Assembly: GCA_947572235.1 (NCBI GenBank)
Contig: CANPBB010000001.1
Span: 1,620-65,619, forward strand
From: an uncultured Clostridia bacterium
GTDB lineage: Bacteria > Bacillota > Clostridia > Oscillospirales > Oscillospiraceae
Reading direction: 5' to 3'
DNA length: 64,000 bases
Below, one piece after another: positions 61,830 to 64,000 of this stretch; within the stretch, counting starts at the first letter, position 1; every line of letters begins with the position of its first letter. The notes under the pieces are model-generated. The model made no database searches and was not told the origin of the DNA. It saw only the letters and a list, made by a program, of their open reading frames with translations. A program made the position numbers and the translations under genes.

Positions 61830-64000
61830 ATGCGGGAGTTGCTCAGACGGATCGCGGCGCTGCCCGAGGCGGCGGAGACCATCGAGGCCATCGGAGAGGG
61901 ACGCTCCCCGGTGGCCCTCACCGGGCTGGCCCCGGTGCACAGAGCCACGCTGGCCGCCGCCCTGCGTCAGGCGCTGGGACGGCCTCTGACAGTGATTTGC
62001 AGCGACGAGAGCGAGGCGGAGCGGATGGCGGCGGACCTCTCCGTCCTCACCGGGGAGACGCCGCTGAAGCTCTACAGCCGGGAGCTCTATGTCCCACAAG
62101 GGGCGGTGACATCCCGGGAGTGGGAGTACCGGCGGATCGAGGCTCTTTACCGGCTGGACCGAGGGGAGGGCTCGGTGCTGGTGGCCACGGCGGAGGGGCT
62201 TCTCCAGCGCACCGGGGAGGCCTCGGCACTGCGGGAGAGCGCCATCCCCCTCTCCGTCGGGGCGCAGGTGGACCTGACCGCCCTGCCGGAGAGGCTGGTG
62301 GCCGCCGGGTACACCCGGACGGAGCAGGTGGAGGGCGTGGGTCAGTTCGCCCTGCGGGGGGGCATCCTCGACGTGTTCTCCCCCCGGATGGAGCAGGCGG
62401 TGCGCTGTGACTTCTTTGACGACGAGATCGACGCCATGGGGGAGTTCGATCTGACCACCCAGCGGCGTATCCGCAACATCGACACCGCCCTGCTCCTGCC
62501 GGCCCGGGAGCTGATCGGGGCACGGACCGCCTGCGCCTTCGATTTTCTGCCGGAGAACACCCTGCTGGTCCTCTGTGAGAGCGGGCGGGTGGCCGAGCGG
62601 GTGAAGGGGGCGCTCTTCCAGACCAAGGAGGACACGGAGGCCCTGCTGGAGCGGGGGGAGAGCGTGGATCTCACCGCCCTGCTCCTGAGCCAGCGGGAGT
62701 GGGAGGCGGCGCTGTCGGACTTCCCGCTGTGCGTGATGGAGTCTCTGCCCACCTCCCGGTATATCCTGCCGCCCAAGGTGCTGCTGTCGGTAAGCGCCAA
62801 GCAGCTGAGCAGCTACGGCGGGAGCTTGGACACCGCGGCGGGGGACATGGAGCACTATCTCTCCACCGGCAGCGGCGTGCTCCTCCTCTGCGGCAACGAG
62901 ACCCGGGCCAAGAATTTGCAGCGGATCCTCCAGGAGCGGGAGATCCCCGCGGCGCTGGACTTTCAGGGGGCGTCCATGCCTGCGGTCGGGGAGGTCCGGA
63001 TCGCCTTGGGCAGCCTCTCCGCCGGGGCGGAGTGGCCCCAGCTGAAGCTGGCGGTCCTCACCGAGGGGCAGCTCACCGCCCCGGTCAGCGGGAAGAAGGG
63101 GCGGAACAAGACACATAGGGGCGACAGCAATCGGAAGAAGATCCAGTCCTACACCGATCTGACTCCCGGCGATCTGGTGGTCCACACCCACCACGGCATC
63201 GGCCGGTTTGTGGGGATGCAGCGGATGCCGGTGGACGGGGTGGAGAAGGACTATATCAAGATCGCTTACGCCGGCAGCGACTGCCTCTATGTACCCGCCA
63301 CCCAGCTGGATTTAGTGTCCAAGTACATCGGCGGCGGCGCGGATGAGGAGGGGCGCCGGACCAAGCTCAGCAAACTGGGGGGCACCGACTGGGCCAAGCA
63401 GAAGAGCCGGGCCAAGGCCGCCGCCAAGGACCTGGCCCAAGGCCTGATCGCCCTCTATGCCCAGCGCCAGCGCCAGCCGGGGTTCGCCTTCTCCCCGGAC
63501 AGCCCCTGGCAGCAGGAGTTTGAAGCGGCCTTCGACTATGAGGAGACCGAGGATCAGCTCCGGTGTATCGCGGACATCAAGCGGGATATGGAGCGAAAGA
63601 CACCCATGGACCGGCTCCTCTGCGGCGATGTGGGCTACGGCAAAACCGAGGTGGCGCTGCGGGCGGTGATGAAGTGCATTTTGGATGGGAAGCAGGCGGC
63701 GATTCTGGTGCCCACCACCGTTCTGGCCCAGCAGCACTATGCCACCGCGGTGAGCCGCTTCCGCAGCTTCCCGGTGACGGTGCGGGTACTGAGCCGCTTT
63801 CAGACACCGGGGCAGAGCCGGCAGATCCTGCGGGAGCTGAGCGCGGGGAAGATTGATCTGCTCATCGGCACCCACAGGCTGCTCCAGAAGGACATCTGCT
63901 TTAAGGATTTGGGGCTCCTTATTATTGACGAGGAGCAGCGCTTCGGCGTCAGCCACAAGGAGAAGCTGAAGGAGCTCAGCCGGCAGGTGGACGTGCTGAC
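61830..64000 (+). CDS. mfd: Transcription-repair coupling factor Mfd (5' part; continues beyond the window)
   Basis: Frame open from ATG 61830 (AGAGGAGGTG SD) to the window end. LTPGDLVVHTHHGIGRF, YAGSDCLYVPATQLDLVSKY, DVGYGKTEVALRA and LIIDEEQRFGV motifs. Absent from the ORF track because it has no stop in the window. Confidence 0.93.
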   Translation, partial: MRELLRRIAALPEAAETIEAIGEGRSPVALTGLAPVHRATLAAALRQALGRPLTVICSDESEAERMAADLSVLTGETPLKLYSRELYVPQGAVTSREWEYRRIEALYRLDRGEGSVLVATAEGLLQRTGEASALRESAIPLSVGAQVDLTALPERLVAAGYTRTEQVEGVGQFALRGGILDVFSPRMEQAVRCDFFDDEIDAMGEFDLTTQRRIRNIDTALLLPARELIGARTACAFDFLPENTLLVLCESGRVAERVKGALFQTKEDTEALLERGESVDLTALLLSQREWEAALSDFPLCVMESLPTSRYILPPKVLLSVSAKQLSSYGGSLDTAAGDMEHYLSTGSGVLLLCGNETRAKNLQRILQEREIPAALDFQGASMPAVGEVRIALGSLSAGAEWPQLKLAVLTEGQLTAPVSGKKGRNKTHRGDSNRKKIQSYTDLTPGDLVVHTHHGIGRFVGMQRMPVDGVEKDYIKIAYAGSDCLYVPATQLDLVSKYIGGGADEEGRRTKLSKLGGTDWAKQKSRAKAAAKDLAQGLIALYAQRQRQPGFAFSPDSPWQQEFEAAFDYEETEDQLRCIADIKRDMERKTPMDRLLCGDVGYGKTEVALRAVMKCILDGKQAAILVPTTVLAQQHYATAVSRFRSFPVTVRVLSRFQTPGQSRQILRELSAGKIDLLIGTHRLLQKDICFKDLGLLIIDEEQRFGVSHKEKLKELSRQVDVL

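Noticed and set aside
60381-63194. 937-aa minus-strand ORF opposite the two membrane-protein genes and mfd
   Set aside because: It is an antisense shadow. It crosses intergenic repeat DNA and three plus-strand genes with good SDs and, for mfd, unmistakable motifs.

Overview
GC-rich chromosomal segment. The gene content (SLH protein, PFOR, T-box and preQ1-type leaders, the rimP-nusA-infB block) points to an anaerobic Firmicute, probably Clostridia and Oscillospiraceae-like; the taxon is inference only. About 60 protein genes are supportable. They include a LysR regulator; an Fe3+/polyamine-type ABC importer with two ATPase genes and a divergent AraC-type membrane regulator; dus, a GH13 amylase and an ATP-grasp protein; a hypothetical / radical-SAM-SPASM / mutY operon; queT behind a preQ1-like leader; an orphan protein of about 1010 aa; and deoD, deoC and a CBS-type pyrophosphatase. 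The rimP-nusA-ylxR-ylxQ-infB-rbfA-nrnA-truB-ribF block is present, but a 0.7-kb foreign remnant interrupts it and ribF lacks its kinase half. Also present are MBOAT+DHHW, trxA/trxB, a Noc/ParB-like gene, rluD-lspA, comM, nifJ (PFOR) and the 5' part of mfd, which runs off the window and is missing from the ORF track. A T-box-controlled gene pair encodes a catalytically degenerate LeuA-like protein and a TIM-barrel::acyl-AMP-ligase fusion; this is my best candidate for an uncharacterised system. The most unusual content is non-coding. There are at least four interspersed repeat families: GTAG-type REP-like hairpins forming arrays up to 1.3 kb; a roughly 300-bp mosaic element present as an inverted pair around comM..nifJ; a roughly 100-bp TIR element built on TTAGGAN heptamers that donates stop codons to three genes; and a roughly 150-bp hairpin element. 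Also noted are a small holin-like type I toxin candidate missed by the ORF track and several AT-rich insertions. All functional calls come from reading the translated motifs by eye; no database search was run.
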